Shown in pieces: positions 54,602 to 64,000 of a DNA stretch of 64,000 bases (its first letter is position 1; each line of letters opens with the position of its first letter). Under the pieces are notes generated by a model. It was not told the DNA's origin. It did not search any database and worked only from the letters and a program-made list of their open reading frames with translations. The stretch covers positions 1-64,000 of IMG/VR virus record IMGVR_UViG_3300027985_000286; one strand, 5' to 3'. The translations under genes and the position numbers were made by a program. The DNA is from a virus.

Positions 54602-55676
54602 CCACCGCCATCATGTCTACCGCTTCATCGTAGATCTGTCTAACGGTATTAGCTAAAGTCGTCTTATCTGCCTTACTGTACTCTTCAACGTAACCCATCA
54701 AAACCTCTACGGTACCTTTCTTGGCAGCGTCTTGGATAATCTTGCTCGTATCGTCTGGGCTGATGTTAGTCAACAGGTAACGTTCAACAACTCCAAACGA
54801 TATGAGATCTAACGTGTCAAGCCTCTTTTTAAGACTAAGGTACTTCTTGTTATCGCTCTTGTTCAAGACGATAAGCTCAAGAATACTGCCCTCCAGCTCA
54901 CGTTTCAAGACATCGGCATCCGGAACCTCAAACTCAACCGAATCATCATAGTAGATACGCTGAAACAAGCAGTAATCATTTTCAACATACTCATCGTCGC
55001 CTGTATCAGTGTCAAGAACGAAGAAGCCTCTCTTGTCTCCGTAACACTGCCAGGTCAAGTGAAACGTAGACCCGATATACTGGATGTTATCTGTTAAACC
55101 TGGATGGTGGTAGTGTCCGCTATACACCTTTTTGAAGTGCTTGAAGATACCCGAGTCCAAGCCCTTTTCCGACACGCTGTTGGCGTACATCTTAGCACCA
55201 GCGACCTCGAAGTGGCCTACACAGTAATCAGCTGTGGACTCTGCCATCTTCAAAAGAAACTGCTCAGCGTTATTCTTAGATAACCACGGTACGAGGCAGA
55301 AGGTAGTACCACCGATATGAACGTCTTCTACGGATTCGATTAGCTTGACGTTTGGATGGTTAGGGAAAAGTTCTTTGATAGCATTGATCTCATTGTCATG
55401 TCTAAAGAAGATGTCGTGATTGCCCGGGATGACATACATCATCACACCTTCTTTCTCAAGCATATCAAAGAAAGACTCTTTCATGGAACGATGGACCTTA
55501 TAGTTGATGTTTGTTTTCACATCAACAAAGTCACCACCATGAATGATTACTTTAATGCCGTGCGCCTTGAGATATGGAAAGAAGACCTCTTTCCAATAGT
55601 AGCGCATCAGTTCTTCGAAGGCGCTGGAGTTACCCCTAGCGCCCCAGTGAGTATCAGAGATTAACGCAACCTTCAT
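54594..55676 (-). CDS. 47: recombination nuclease subunit gp47 (Mre11-like)
   Basis: SDTHWG, HGGDF.D, PGNHD, GHFE, SGHYH. Confidence 0.93.
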   Translation of the reverse strand: MKVALISDTHWGARGNSSAFEELMRYYWKEVFFPYLKAHGIKVIIHGGDFVDVKTNINYKVHRSMKESFFDMLEKEGVMMYVIPGNHDIFFRHDNEINAIKELFPNHPNVKLIESVEDVHIGGTTFCLVPWLSKNNAEQFLLKMAESTADYCVGHFEVAGAKMYANSVSEKGLDSGIFKHFKKVYSGHYHHPGLTDNIQYIGSTFHLTWQCYGDKRGFFVLDTDTGDDEYVENDYCLFQRIYYDDSVEFEVPDADVLKRELEGSILELIVLNKSDNKKYLSLKKRLDTLDLISFGVVERYLLTNISPDDTSKIIQDAAKKGTVEVLMGYVEEYSKADKTTLANTVRQIYDEAVDMMAVGE

Positions 55677-55960
55677 TCTTTGCCTACCTTACGTCTCGCC
55701 CAATGGTAGATATCCGTCTTTGAGTGAGCAAGCATCTCGTTCAGGAGCTGAACGATAACTTCAGCTCCCTTAACCGAAAACAGAGACATAACCGCCGAGT
55801 GTTCAAAGTCGGCATTGTTTTGCAGCTCTCCGTAATGCACACTCACCCGATAGTTGTACCGCCGACTTTCCGAGTTCTTTAGCAGCACAGTTGGACCGTG
55901 ATTGTAGATATCGAAGCAGAACTTGTAGAACATGCTAGGCGTGACAGTTTTCATTTTCAA
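55673..55960 (-). CDS. hypothetical protein
   Basis: coupled between genes 55 and 47. Confidence 0.55.
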   Translation of the reverse strand: MKMKTVTPSMFYKFCFDIYNHGPTVLLKNSESRRYNYRVSVHYGELQNNADFEHSAVMSLFSVKGAEVIVQLLNEMLAHSKTDIYHWARRKVGKE

Positions 55961-56610
55961 TCCTCCAGAATTGCATCAAGACCAACCTTGGGTGGAGTAG
56001 TCTCACTCCCCTCATCAACTGCAGCCTTAGGCTTCTTGCCTCCGTACGCAGGACTATTTTCAAAATGATCAACAAACTTCAAGGCATCTACAAACTGGTC
56101 TGATAGTACAGACCCACCCATTATAGCAAAGTCTTCGTCGTCCTGCACAGCAGAAAAGCCGCCATTTTCAACGAAAAGCTTATACCGTATGTACTGCTTG
56201 GTTTTTTCCTCTTTGATCTTTTTGATAAAAGCAGTCCTAACAGTCTGAGTAATGTACGCAAACGGGTTCCTAGACTCAGACGGGTTAAAGGCTCGGGTAT
56301 ACCTCACACAAGCTTCAATGGCATTACCTATCATATCCTCTTTCCATGAGCTGGTATATCCACGAAAGAGATGATGGTTTGAGTAGCCTTGCGCTATAAG
56401 GATGAAAGCCTCTCCCATGTACTCCGTCATCTTAGGCATTTCATCAATCAAGCCTTGCTTGTATTTCTGATACTCTCCGTGGAACCAAACATAGTCTTGG
56501 TACAAACGCTCGTTGTCTATGTAGTGTCGAGTCTCTCTTAGCCCTCTAACGACTTCTTCATCCACTTTATCTGGTTCCATCGTAACTGACTTCACGATGG
56601 CTTTCTTCAA
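55957..56610 (-). CDS. 55: late sigma factor gp55
   Basis: HYIDN, IA...S....F.GY...WKEDMI..AIE, F.P..S.NPFAYITQ....AF...I..EK. Confidence 0.93.
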   Translation of the reverse strand: MKKAIVKSVTMEPDKVDEEVVRGLRETRHYIDNERLYQDYVWFHGEYQKYKQGLIDEMPKMTEYMGEAFILIAQGYSNHHLFRGYTSSWKEDMIGNAIEACVRYTRAFNPSESRNPFAYITQTVRTAFIKKIKEEKTKQYIRYKLFVENGGFSAVQDDEDFAIMGGSVLSDQFVDALKFVDHFENSPAYGGKKPKAAVDEGSETTPPKVGLDAILED

Positions 56611-56639
56611 CGCTAGTTCTCCTTTTCTGAGTAACCTAC

Positions 56640-56668
56640 AATATAACGCTTTTGGCTATCCTAGTCAA
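56640..56668 (-). promoter_or_regulatory. sigma70-type promoter for gene 55 operon
   Basis: TTGACT-17 bp-TATATT on minus strand. Confidence 0.7.
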
Positions 56669-56734
56669 CCTTTATTCTACGTTTCTTTCACAACGTTCAA
56701 CTCAAAGTTTTACAAAAGTTTACACTTTTCAGGC

Positions 56735-56763
56735 TTGACAAGGTCGATTTGAGCTAATACATT
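56735..56763 (+). promoter_or_regulatory. sigma70-type promoter facing an AT-rich non-coding tract
   Basis: TTGACA-17 bp-TACATT. Confidence 0.6.
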
Positions 56764-56951
56764 ATTATTCTTGTGTTGTTAAATCTGTTAGCCAATCGCG
56801 TAGCGAGACATATACAGTAACATCAACTTGAAGAATTAGCTAATATCGTCATTCTCTAAAGAAAAATCAAATAAGAAAAAGATAAATCAATGAAATTATA
56901 ACAATTATTCCAATTTCTATGAGTGAAATTAGGCTGTACTCTTAATCAGCT

Positions 56952-56957
56952 TAAATA
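56952..56957 (+). promoter_or_regulatory. late promoter
   Basis: TAAATAC upstream of gene 2. Confidence 0.65.
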
Positions 56958-56984
56958 CAGTTATTGCACACAAGCGTGACTGGC

Positions 56985-57653
56985 ATGGCTGATACCCCAA
57001 CTAAATCAAAGCAAGAAGCTCTAGAACGAGAACTGGACAAGAGTAGACCAGCTCTTGTCCGTACCCTCATCAAAAGATACCATCGTGACTTCGGTGCTAA
57101 CGCAGCACGTCACTCTCGTAGAAGTAGACAATGGTTTAGAGAGCAAGCGACTAAGATAGGCAAGGTTCGCACATCCAAGATCATGAAGGCTCAATGGATT
57201 GCGGACAAGCCTAAAATTGGTCGCTTGTACCTGTACCAGTACGATGCCAAGACTAAAGATACGTTACCATATTGGGATATGTTCCCATTGGTGTTCTTCT
57301 TCAACTCTTGGACAGGTAAGAATGGAAAGAAGTACCTAATTGGTATCAATCTTCATTACCTGCAGCCTGCTCTCAGAATGTACCTTTTTGCTGAGTTGCT
57401 TTCGCTAAGAAACGAAAAGAGGTACAGACCTAATACACGACTCAAGATATCGTGGGAGATACTACAGCGATTTGCCAACTTCAAGCTGGTTCAACCTTGT
57501 GTTAAGAAGTACCTAGTGGAGCACATCCGTTCGAAGTTTATTGAAATCCCGTCCGAAGATTGGGAAATTGTCATCCCGTTGGGTCTGGAGAGATTCCAGA
57601 AGGCAGCTTCAGCTAAGGTTTGGTCAGACTCAGCTAAAGGTAGAACAAAGTGA
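56985..57653 (+). CDS. 2: DNA end protector gp2
   Basis: S..WF, GRLY.Y.YDAK.KDTLPYWD.FPL, GINLHYL, PCVKKYL, E.FQKA...KVWSDS. Confidence 0.92.
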   Translation: MADTPTKSKQEALERELDKSRPALVRTLIKRYHRDFGANAARHSRRSRQWFREQATKIGKVRTSKIMKAQWIADKPKIGRLYLYQYDAKTKDTLPYWDMFPLVFFFNSWTGKNGKKYLIGINLHYLQPALRMYLFAELLSLRNEKRYRPNTRLKISWEILQRFANFKLVQPCVKKYLVEHIRSKFIEIPSEDWEIVIPLGLERFQKAASAKVWSDSAKGRTK

Positions 57654-58504
57654 TAAGCACAAGCGAGATTCTCAATGACATCAAGCTTAACGGTATTGCT
57701 AGGAAGAACCGGTTCCTGGTAGAAATCCAGATACCGGACAAGGTTGTTGAAGCTGCAGCTGCCAAAGGCGTTAAGGTAGACAGTAGAACCTTATCTCTGA
57801 GATGTTACAGCACACAGCTTCCACCGAAATCTATTGCCAGCACTGATGTTAAGATTGGTGGTGTTAACCAGAAGATTCCTTACAGCAGAACCTTTGATGA
57901 TGTGACCATGACGTTTCTCATTGAGCGCAACATGAACACTAAGAAGGTTTTTGATATTTGGCAAGATGTGATCGCCCCTAATGACTTCGGGCATGTTGCC
58001 TATGCTGACGATATCTCAACAACTGTCTCGGTTAGCCATATCACGAACACAGATACGATTGAGTACACTCTATTCCTAAAGAAGGCATACCCAATTATCG
58101 TTAACTCACTGGATTATGCCAACGACGACAACGAGAGCTACCAGGCTCTAGGCGTTACGTGGACATTTAGAACTGTATCCTCTACAATGGACTCCAAGGA
58201 GACTAAGCTAACCACGCTACCTTCATTCGATGTATTCAATAAGGACGGGTTTACTGTTGCATCTGTGATGGAGTTTACCAACCAGCTGGCTAGCTTCAAC
58301 CTTCAAGGAGAGGCTCTCCTGTGGTACCAGAAGGCAGATAACTTTGTGGGAGGGTTCACCGGTGGTTACGGCATAAACAGCATTGGTTCTCTTGTTAAGA
58401 GGATGGAGTTTTCTGTTACCAATAACATCAGGTTCCTAGAATCTGATAGAGCTAAAATCACAACCGCTATCAGCTCTCTTAAGAGCAAGCTTGGTATCAA
58501 TTAA
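57650..58504 (+). CDS. 54: baseplate tail-tube initiator gp54-like
   Basis: GIAR.NRF.VEI, C...QLP, K.PY.R.FD...MTF, FD.WQ, AYP. Confidence 0.75.
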   Translation: MISTSEILNDIKLNGIARKNRFLVEIQIPDKVVEAAAAKGVKVDSRTLSLRCYSTQLPPKSIASTDVKIGGVNQKIPYSRTFDDVTMTFLIERNMNTKKVFDIWQDVIAPNDFGHVAYADDISTTVSVSHITNTDTIEYTLFLKKAYPIIVNSLDYANDDNESYQALGVTWTFRTVSSTMDSKETKLTTLPSFDVFNKDGFTVASVMEFTNQLASFNLQGEALLWYQKADNFVGGFTGGYGINSIGSLVKRMEFSVTNNIRFLESDRAKITTAISSLKSKLGIN

Positions 58505-58516
58505 GGAGATGACTAC

Positions 58517-59260
58517 ATGGCATTGCCCAAACTAAAGGTTCCTGTTTCTAGACTGAAGTCTATGGATGGAAAGGTGACCTATACTATTCGTCCTTTCTCT
58601 AACAAAGAACAGAACATTCTGCTCATGGCCAAGGAGTCGGTTAAGGCTTCTACTGACAAGCGTCAGGCTATGAAAGCTGTGGTAGAGTCAATGGAACAGG
58701 TAATCGGTAACTGCTTGATTGATGCAAATATTGATGACATTCCTTGGTATGACTTCCAGTTTCTGATGATTGAGATTCGTAAGATTAGCGTAGATAATAT
58801 CTCTAAACTCAGCTTCAAGTGCACTAGCACCAAGGAAGACGGTAGCAAGTGCAACACACCTTATACCATCGGTGTCAACTTAGATAAGATTGAGGTTGTA
58901 GGCAAGGTCCCAGAGACTAAAGATGATAGAGTTATTGATATTGACGGTAACGTGAGCGCGTACATGAGGCATCCTACTTTCAAGATGTTCAAGTCAATCT
59001 ACCTCGATGACTTGAACGAGTATAATGCTCTACGCATGTTCATTGAGTACGTGTTTGATAAGGAAGGCAACATATACCCAATGGCTGAAGCAACAGATCA
59101 AGAGCTTGAAGAATTCTTGGAAGATGCCGGTCCAAACATGAAAAAGATCCAAGACTGGATTGAGTCTGCGCCCAAGCCGTATTACCGACTTGAATATACT
59201 TGCAGAGGGTGTGGAAACAAAAAGGTAATTGAGCTGAGGACCCCCGACGATTTTTTTTAA
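58517..59260 (+). CDS. 26: baseplate hub assembly protein gp26
   Basis: MALPKL..P, RPF..KE..ILLMAKE, IR..SV, C..C Zn motifs, ends DFF. Confidence 0.85.
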   Translation: MALPKLKVPVSRLKSMDGKVTYTIRPFSNKEQNILLMAKESVKASTDKRQAMKAVVESMEQVIGNCLIDANIDDIPWYDFQFLMIEIRKISVDNISKLSFKCTSTKEDGSKCNTPYTIGVNLDKIEVVGKVPETKDDRVIDIDGNVSAYMRHPTFKMFKSIYLDDLNEYNALRMFIEYVFDKEGNIYPMAEATDQELEEFLEDAGPNMKKIQDWIESAPKPYYRLEYTCRGCGNKKVIELRTPDDFF

Positions 59261-59280
59261 CACTGCTCAGTCATGAGAGC

Positions 59281-59451
59281 ATGATTTCGTGCTTCAAGGT
59301 TAACCTCTCACTGAAGAAGCATGGATTCTCTATTACTGAGTTGGATGATATGATGCCTTTTGAAAGAGATGCCTACTTCCTCTTGATTGAGCAAGAGATA
59401 AACGAGAAGAACAGCAAGAATAAGAATAACAAGGCTTTCGATATAGGATAA
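59281..59451 (+). CDS. 51: gp51-like baseplate hub assembly catalyst (not in ORF track; probably reached by -1 frameshift from gene 26)
   Basis: H.FSITELDDMMPFER..Y..L motif; frame open back to the T8 tract at 59251. Confidence 0.75.
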   Translation: MISCFKVNLSLKKHGFSITELDDMMPFERDAYFLLIEQEINEKNSKNKNNKAFDIG

Positions 59452-59455
59452 TGTA

Positions 59456-61336
59456 ATGGCAACAAACAGCAAAGATACAGACGTTCCACGTCAAGATATG
59501 GTTGACGAGAAGAACGCGAACATTACTCAATCCAAACTAGGCCAGTTCCTAAGCAGGGCTAGAGCAATCCAAGTTGCGCTAGATGTACGCCTTAAGCAAG
59601 GTGATGAGCTAGTTCAGTTCTTGCAGAAGAAGTTAGAGGATAATCTCAAGGCTCAGCTAACAGATAGTCTGGTTATTCGTCGCCAGTCTGTTAGAGAAAT
59701 GAGGACTATTAAAAATCAGATCTACCAAGGAAACCTTTCTCTATCCGAAAAGAACAGGGACGTGTTTGCTGGACTCTACAATAGAGCCATTGAAGAATCG
59801 GTAAAGAGTAACAGCATCCTTGCCAAGACCGCTAGCGATTTTGTCTCGAGCGTTAAGGGCAACCTTCCGTCGATGGACACAATATTGTCTGCCGTGTCGG
59901 TTGCTAACCCTGTTGTTGGTTTTGGATTGAGGCTGACAAAGGACCTGATTGGTAGCGCAAGGAACAGAAAGAGAGCATTTGAAGAAGAGCGTAAGAAGAC
60001 ACTTGAGAACCTAGAGGATGAGGCTAGGAAGACTAGCCTAGAGGACAAAGCTGCACAAAAGCAGCTTGACAATGAAGAGGCCCAAGAAGAAAAGGATAAG
60101 AAGGGTGACGGTGATATTGTCACCATGTCCGATAAATCTGTCAGTGACCTAAACGCACCTTCAGACGAGTGGCTCCAAAAGATTTACACGTCAATAGAGC
60201 AGATTAAAGAGCATACTCTTGATTTGCTAGGCAGACCGGAAGACATCAAGACTGACGATCCCCTAGATCTTCTAAGAGAGTCGCTACAGAACGATGGTAC
60301 AGTTAAGATTGATACTGCAGACCTCCTAAATGCTCAGGAAGACCTTAAGGGAGAGATTGAAAAGGTAGCGGACAACACGGGTGACATTCTCAGTATTAAC
60401 GAGGAGGAGCAACGTGATAACGAATCAGAAAGACTTCAGACCATCGAAGACAAGAGGGAAGATAAGTCGCTTGGGGTGGGCACAGAGAAGATCGCAGAAG
60501 AGGGCAAAGGGAAACTTGGGTCTATTGTATCTGGCATCACAGGAATGCTTCTGGGTCGCGGTGGCCTCGGTATGCTCTTGGGTCTTGCTGGTGCTATCAT
60601 TGGCACTATCATTTCTGTATTGACAGGCTTTGTTGGTCTAGCTGCATACATCCCTGGTATCGCTGTAGTTGGTGCGGCTTTTGCTGCAGCTAAGTCATTC
60701 TTTGACGGGTGGACAGATGCGGCTGCGATTCTTGGAAAACCAGAGAACCAGATTGACTTCGGCGATAAAATTGCTGCTGGTCTCGGTTCTATTGGTGGTT
60801 TGGTTGGTAGTCTCCTTGATATGATTACGTCTGCGTTTGGTTTTGACACTAACCTAGAGGAAGGAATCAAAGATTTCAGCGCCAAGTTTGTAGCAGAGTT
60901 GATTGATGACGTTGAGAGTCTTCTAAAATCTGCTGTTAGCGGTGCGACAGAGTTCTTTGGCAAGCTAGGTGAAACCATTGATAAGGTAATCGAATGGGCT
61001 AAAGAAAAGACCAAAGAGTACCTGCCGGATTTCATGTATGACTGGATGTGGGGCAACTCAAGCGATGTCAACATTGGAGAAGGGTTTACTCCTGGTGGGA
61101 GTGATGTGCAGATGGGAGAGGTTGCACCTTCTGCTAGGGTGTCTAGAGCAGAGGCGCTCAACAGCGCAGTTGAAAGAGCTAAAGCCCAAGGAGCGGCCGT
61201 GCCTACTGTAGTGGCACCCAGCCAGACTACAGTCGACAACTCTAGAAGCACTGTGATCAATGTTCCTAGGAGTGTGCGCAACGACGACAGGACTCTAGAC
61301 AGAATAGAGCGCCAGACTGCGAATGGCGGCTGGTAG
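59456..61336 (+). CDS. tape measure / baseplate hub gp29-like
   Basis: long helical protein with Gly/Ala-rich hydrophobic stretch, between 26/51 and 48. Confidence 0.7.
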   Translation: MATNSKDTDVPRQDMVDEKNANITQSKLGQFLSRARAIQVALDVRLKQGDELVQFLQKKLEDNLKAQLTDSLVIRRQSVREMRTIKNQIYQGNLSLSEKNRDVFAGLYNRAIEESVKSNSILAKTASDFVSSVKGNLPSMDTILSAVSVANPVVGFGLRLTKDLIGSARNRKRAFEEERKKTLENLEDEARKTSLEDKAAQKQLDNEEAQEEKDKKGDGDIVTMSDKSVSDLNAPSDEWLQKIYTSIEQIKEHTLDLLGRPEDIKTDDPLDLLRESLQNDGTVKIDTADLLNAQEDLKGEIEKVADNTGDILSINEEEQRDNESERLQTIEDKREDKSLGVGTEKIAEEGKGKLGSIVSGITGMLLGRGGLGMLLGLAGAIIGTIISVLTGFVGLAAYIPGIAVVGAAFAAAKSFFDGWTDAAAILGKPENQIDFGDKIAAGLGSIGGLVGSLLDMITSAFGFDTNLEEGIKDFSAKFVAELIDDVESLLKSAVSGATEFFGKLGETIDKVIEWAKEKTKEYLPDFMYDWMWGNSSDVNIGEGFTPGGSDVQMGEVAPSARVSRAEALNSAVERAKAQGAAVPTVVAPSQTTVDNSRSTVINVPRSVRNDDRTLDRIERQTANGGW

Positions 61337-61347
61337 AGCGCGATACG

Positions 61348-61353
61348 TAAATA
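61348..61353 (+). promoter_or_regulatory. late promoter
   Basis: TAAATAG upstream of gene 48. Confidence 0.55.
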
Positions 61354-61414
61354 GTAGCATTGCTAGTACACGTCAGAAAAAGAACCGCTTAGAACGCGTC
61401 TTAGAGGGTCACAG

Positions 61415-62311
61415 GTGGCTAACCAAACACAAGCACTAAACGATAAGGCTAAGAGAAACCCTTACCTGAAGACCTCACTCAAGTATCCTTTGGACGTTGA
61501 GACTGAAGGGCAAGGTCATATCATTCTATTCAACATCAATGTGGTGTCTGGTACTAAGTTTGCAAACACCACATCCAATATCCAGAATCCAGGACCTGTA
61601 GTTCAAAGACCAGGATCTAACTCCCTAAGGTCTAGAACGTCCCTGGATAGGAACACAAAGCGAATTGACACGTCGATTGCTTTGCACTTACCTCTCAACC
61701 TTACCTTCAACTACATGCAGGATTGGAGCGAGAGTGAGATGGGTGCTGCAGCTAGAGCATACGACTTCGTCTCTAACTGGGACCAGCTTACCTTATCTCA
61801 GGTGTGGGAGTCGTTCAAGACAAGTGGTGGTAACATCCTTGCGAGTATGCTCCAGCAGCTAAGCCCTATCAATGCAAGAGACTTGCTAGATTTCGAACGG
61901 GGTCAGATTAAGAACCCGTACAAAGAGCTTCTCTTCGGTGGTACTAAGAACCGCGCGTTTAACTTTCAGTTCAAGTTCACACCAAGGAACGCAGAAGAGA
62001 CAAAGCAGGTAAAAGATATCTGCAAACAGTTCAAGCTACACCAGGCGCCAGAGTTTGTTGGAACTCTCGGTAACGCATATATCTTATACCCGTCAGAGTT
62101 TGATATTAGTTTCATTAAGAAAGATGGTACGAGGAATGAATGGATTAACAAGATATCAACGTGTGCGCTAACAAGCTGCGAGATTATATACGGAGATGAG
62201 GGAGGGTATCAAATCCATGAAGACGAGTCTCCGGTAGAGATCGCACTGAATCTTGCGTTCATGGAAATGGAAGCTTTGTCCAAGGCAAGAATTGAGCAGG
62301 AGGACTTCTAA
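61415..62311 (+). CDS. 48: baseplate tail-tube cap gp48
   Basis: LKYP, I.L.LP, NPY.ELLF.G...R.F.F.FKF.P.N..E, YPSEF.I, L.F.E.E.L. Confidence 0.87.
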   Translation: MANQTQALNDKAKRNPYLKTSLKYPLDVETEGQGHIILFNINVVSGTKFANTTSNIQNPGPVVQRPGSNSLRSRTSLDRNTKRIDTSIALHLPLNLTFNYMQDWSESEMGAAARAYDFVSNWDQLTLSQVWESFKTSGGNILASMLQQLSPINARDLLDFERGQIKNPYKELLFGGTKNRAFNFQFKFTPRNAEETKQVKDICKQFKLHQAPEFVGTLGNAYILYPSEFDISFIKKDGTRNEWINKISTCALTSCEIIYGDEGGYQIHEDESPVEIALNLAFMEMEALSKARIEQEDF

Positions 62312-62781
62312 TGAGCTACTTCTTACCCTTTCCGATGGTAAGCTTTGACGGTACACAAATGCCGGACATTACTGTCTCAACTATCATTTCTAGTTACGGC
62401 AGAGATAGCTTCTTTGAGTATACGGTCCAAGACGATGAAACCCCTGAGATGCTAGCTCATAGGCTGTACCGTAATTCTGAGTATGCTAGCTTTATTCTCA
62501 TGATGAATGATATTGTTGACCCTTACGAAGAGTGGCCTCTTAATTCAGAGGCTCTCAACCAAGTTGTTGCAGATAACTACATTGACCCCTACAGTATTCA
62601 CCACTACGAAACTCTGATGGGAAACATTGTCTCAGAGACCTACCCAGAGTTTGACCGTATTCCTGTTACCAACTTAGAGTACGAGACTAGGAAGAACGAT
62701 GCTAAGAGAGATATCTTCCTGCTGGTTCCAGACTTAATTGCTTCTTTTGCCGAGCAGCATAAGGCTCTTCTGAAGGTGTAG
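62311..62781 (+). CDS. 53: baseplate wedge subunit gp53
   Basis: YF..FP, Y.V.D.ETPE.LA..LY, N.I.DPY.EWP, HHYE, EYE..KN..KR.I. Confidence 0.88.
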   Translation: MSYFLPFPMVSFDGTQMPDITVSTIISSYGRDSFFEYTVQDDETPEMLAHRLYRNSEYASFILMMNDIVDPYEEWPLNSEALNQVVADNYIDPYSIHHYETLMGNIVSETYPEFDRIPVTNLEYETRKNDAKRDIFLLVPDLIASFAEQHKALLKV

Positions 62782-62782
62782 T

Positions 62783-64000
62783 ATGAACGAAATCCAGCAA
62801 GACAGAAAGTTTAGAGGTCAGTATACCATATCTAAGGTGTCTTTGATCACGCACCAAGGAGTTGAAGCTGACCTGCTGCATGTCTTTACTGAAATCAACA
62901 TATACGAAGACATCTTCTCAACCTCTCTGTCTGGTAATATCTCAATATACGATTCAATCAACCTGATTTCGAATTTACCAATCGTGGGTGGCGAAACACT
63001 AGAGCTTGAGTGGTCTACGTCAGCCAAAGAAGATACCCCTATTAAGAAAACCATGGTTGTGCATCGTATTGGTGACAAGATACCTCAGAAAGAACGTGTG
63101 CGCTCTTACACGCTATACTTCGTTACCCCAGAAGCCTTCATGAACCAACAGGTTCAGCTGATTAAGTCATATACGGGTACGCCATCCAAGATCATTGAAG
63201 ACATCTTTTACAAAGACGCGTTTCCTGATACAACCAAGCCTATTGTTGTTGAGAAGACAAAGAACATTCATTCTCTTGTATCCTGTCACTGGAACCCGTT
63301 TAAGGCGTTTACGTACCTAGCCAAGAGAGCAGTATCAATCGAAGGTAAAACTGCGTACCTGTTTTACGAGAGTCTGTATGGGTTTAATTTTAGATCTCTT
63401 GAGACGTTGTTTGAGCAAGAACCTTCTGTCAAGTACCAAAGAATCCTTGCAGTCAACGCCAACAATTTTAGCTCTGATGAGTTCAAGGAACGATTTAGCC
63501 ACGTAGAGTCTTTCTTGATTGGTGAGAGCGGACAGGTACTGGACATGGTGAACAGAGGTGCCTTTGGTCATACATGGGTGTATGTTGATGTATTCAACAA
63601 ACGCATTGATAAGAAACCCTACGTGTACGATTCAGACTTTAATAAGACCAAGCACGTAGAACAATACCCCTTCTATCCAGATAACGTTCAGTGGTTAGGT
63701 GACGAGAAGTCAAATAGGTACATGAGTGTGATTCACCCAGGGTCTACAATCGCCAACAATACGATGGCTGGTCAACTCCAGTATGGAAAACGATTGGCAA
63801 TCCTTAACCAGTTGTCTATGGTTGAAGAAACTATTGAAGTGGCAGGTGACAGTGAAATGTTCGTCGGCAACGTTGCTGAGTTCGACCCACCATCACCAGA
63901 GAGTATGGATACCCAATTCAAGAGAGAGCGGTACTACTCTGGTAAATCTTTGGTGACTGCAATCAGACACCAGTTGACTAAGACAGGCTACAAGATGTTT
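62783..64000 (+). CDS. baseplate hub gp27-like protein (truncated by window end)
   Basis: ATG 62783; EINIYEDIFS..LSG.I.I.DS.NL...LPI.GGE; frame appears open to the end of the window. Confidence 0.75.
   Translation, partial: MNEIQQDRKFRGQYTISKVSLITHQGVEADLLHVFTEINIYEDIFSTSLSGNISIYDSINLISNLPIVGGETLELEWSTSAKEDTPIKKTMVVHRIGDKIPQKERVRSYTLYFVTPEAFMNQQVQLIKSYTGTPSKIIEDIFYKDAFPDTTKPIVVEKTKNIHSLVSCHWNPFKAFTYLAKRAVSIEGKTAYLFYESLYGFNFRSLETLFEQEPSVKYQRILAVNANNFSSDEFKERFSHVESFLIGESGQVLDMVNRGAFGHTWVYVDVFNKRIDKKPYVYDSDFNKTKHVEQYPFYPDNVQWLGDEKSNRYMSVIHPGSTIANNTMAGQLQYGKRLAILNQLSMVEETIEVAGDSEMFVGNVAEFDPPSPESMDTQFKRERYYSGKSLVTAIRHQLTKTGYKMF

Noticed and set aside
1-64000. Stop-codon reassignment
   Set aside because: Core genes are intact under the standard code and end in TAA, TAG and TGA.

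Overview
A 64 kb segment of a large lytic T4-superfamily myovirus genome. The TAAATA late promoters, multiple tailspikes and the gp2-54-26-51-29-48-53-27 gene order are reminiscent of Ackermannviridae-like phages; this placement is inference. The window holds small early genes behind sigma70-type promoters, two dispersed tailspikes, spanins and one tRNA(CAU). It also holds the T4-type replisome and late-transcription set (gp32, 59, 33, 41, UvsX, 43, RegA, 62, 44, 45, 46, 47, 55), a split class II ribonucleotide reductase, an RNA-repair pair and the start of the baseplate operon. The standout is a 7-deazaguanine DNA-modification pathway (FolE, QueD, QueE, QueC, TGT/DpdA-like transglycosylase). 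A GT-B glycosyltransferase, a myo-inositol-1-phosphate synthase and two HAD phosphatases are embedded in it, directly upstream of the DNA polymerase. Both the transglycosylase and the glycosyltransferase end in a T4-type sliding-clamp-binding motif ((S/T)LDxLFD). This suggests a replisome-tethered, inositol/sugar-decorated deazaguanine hypermodification that I do not recognise from described pathways. Other signals are a probable -1 frameshift joining gp26 to gp51, an arfA-like ORF-through-hairpin arrangement, capsid-targeting N-termini and a candidate R-loop origin. All product calls come from motif recognition by eye; no database searches were run.
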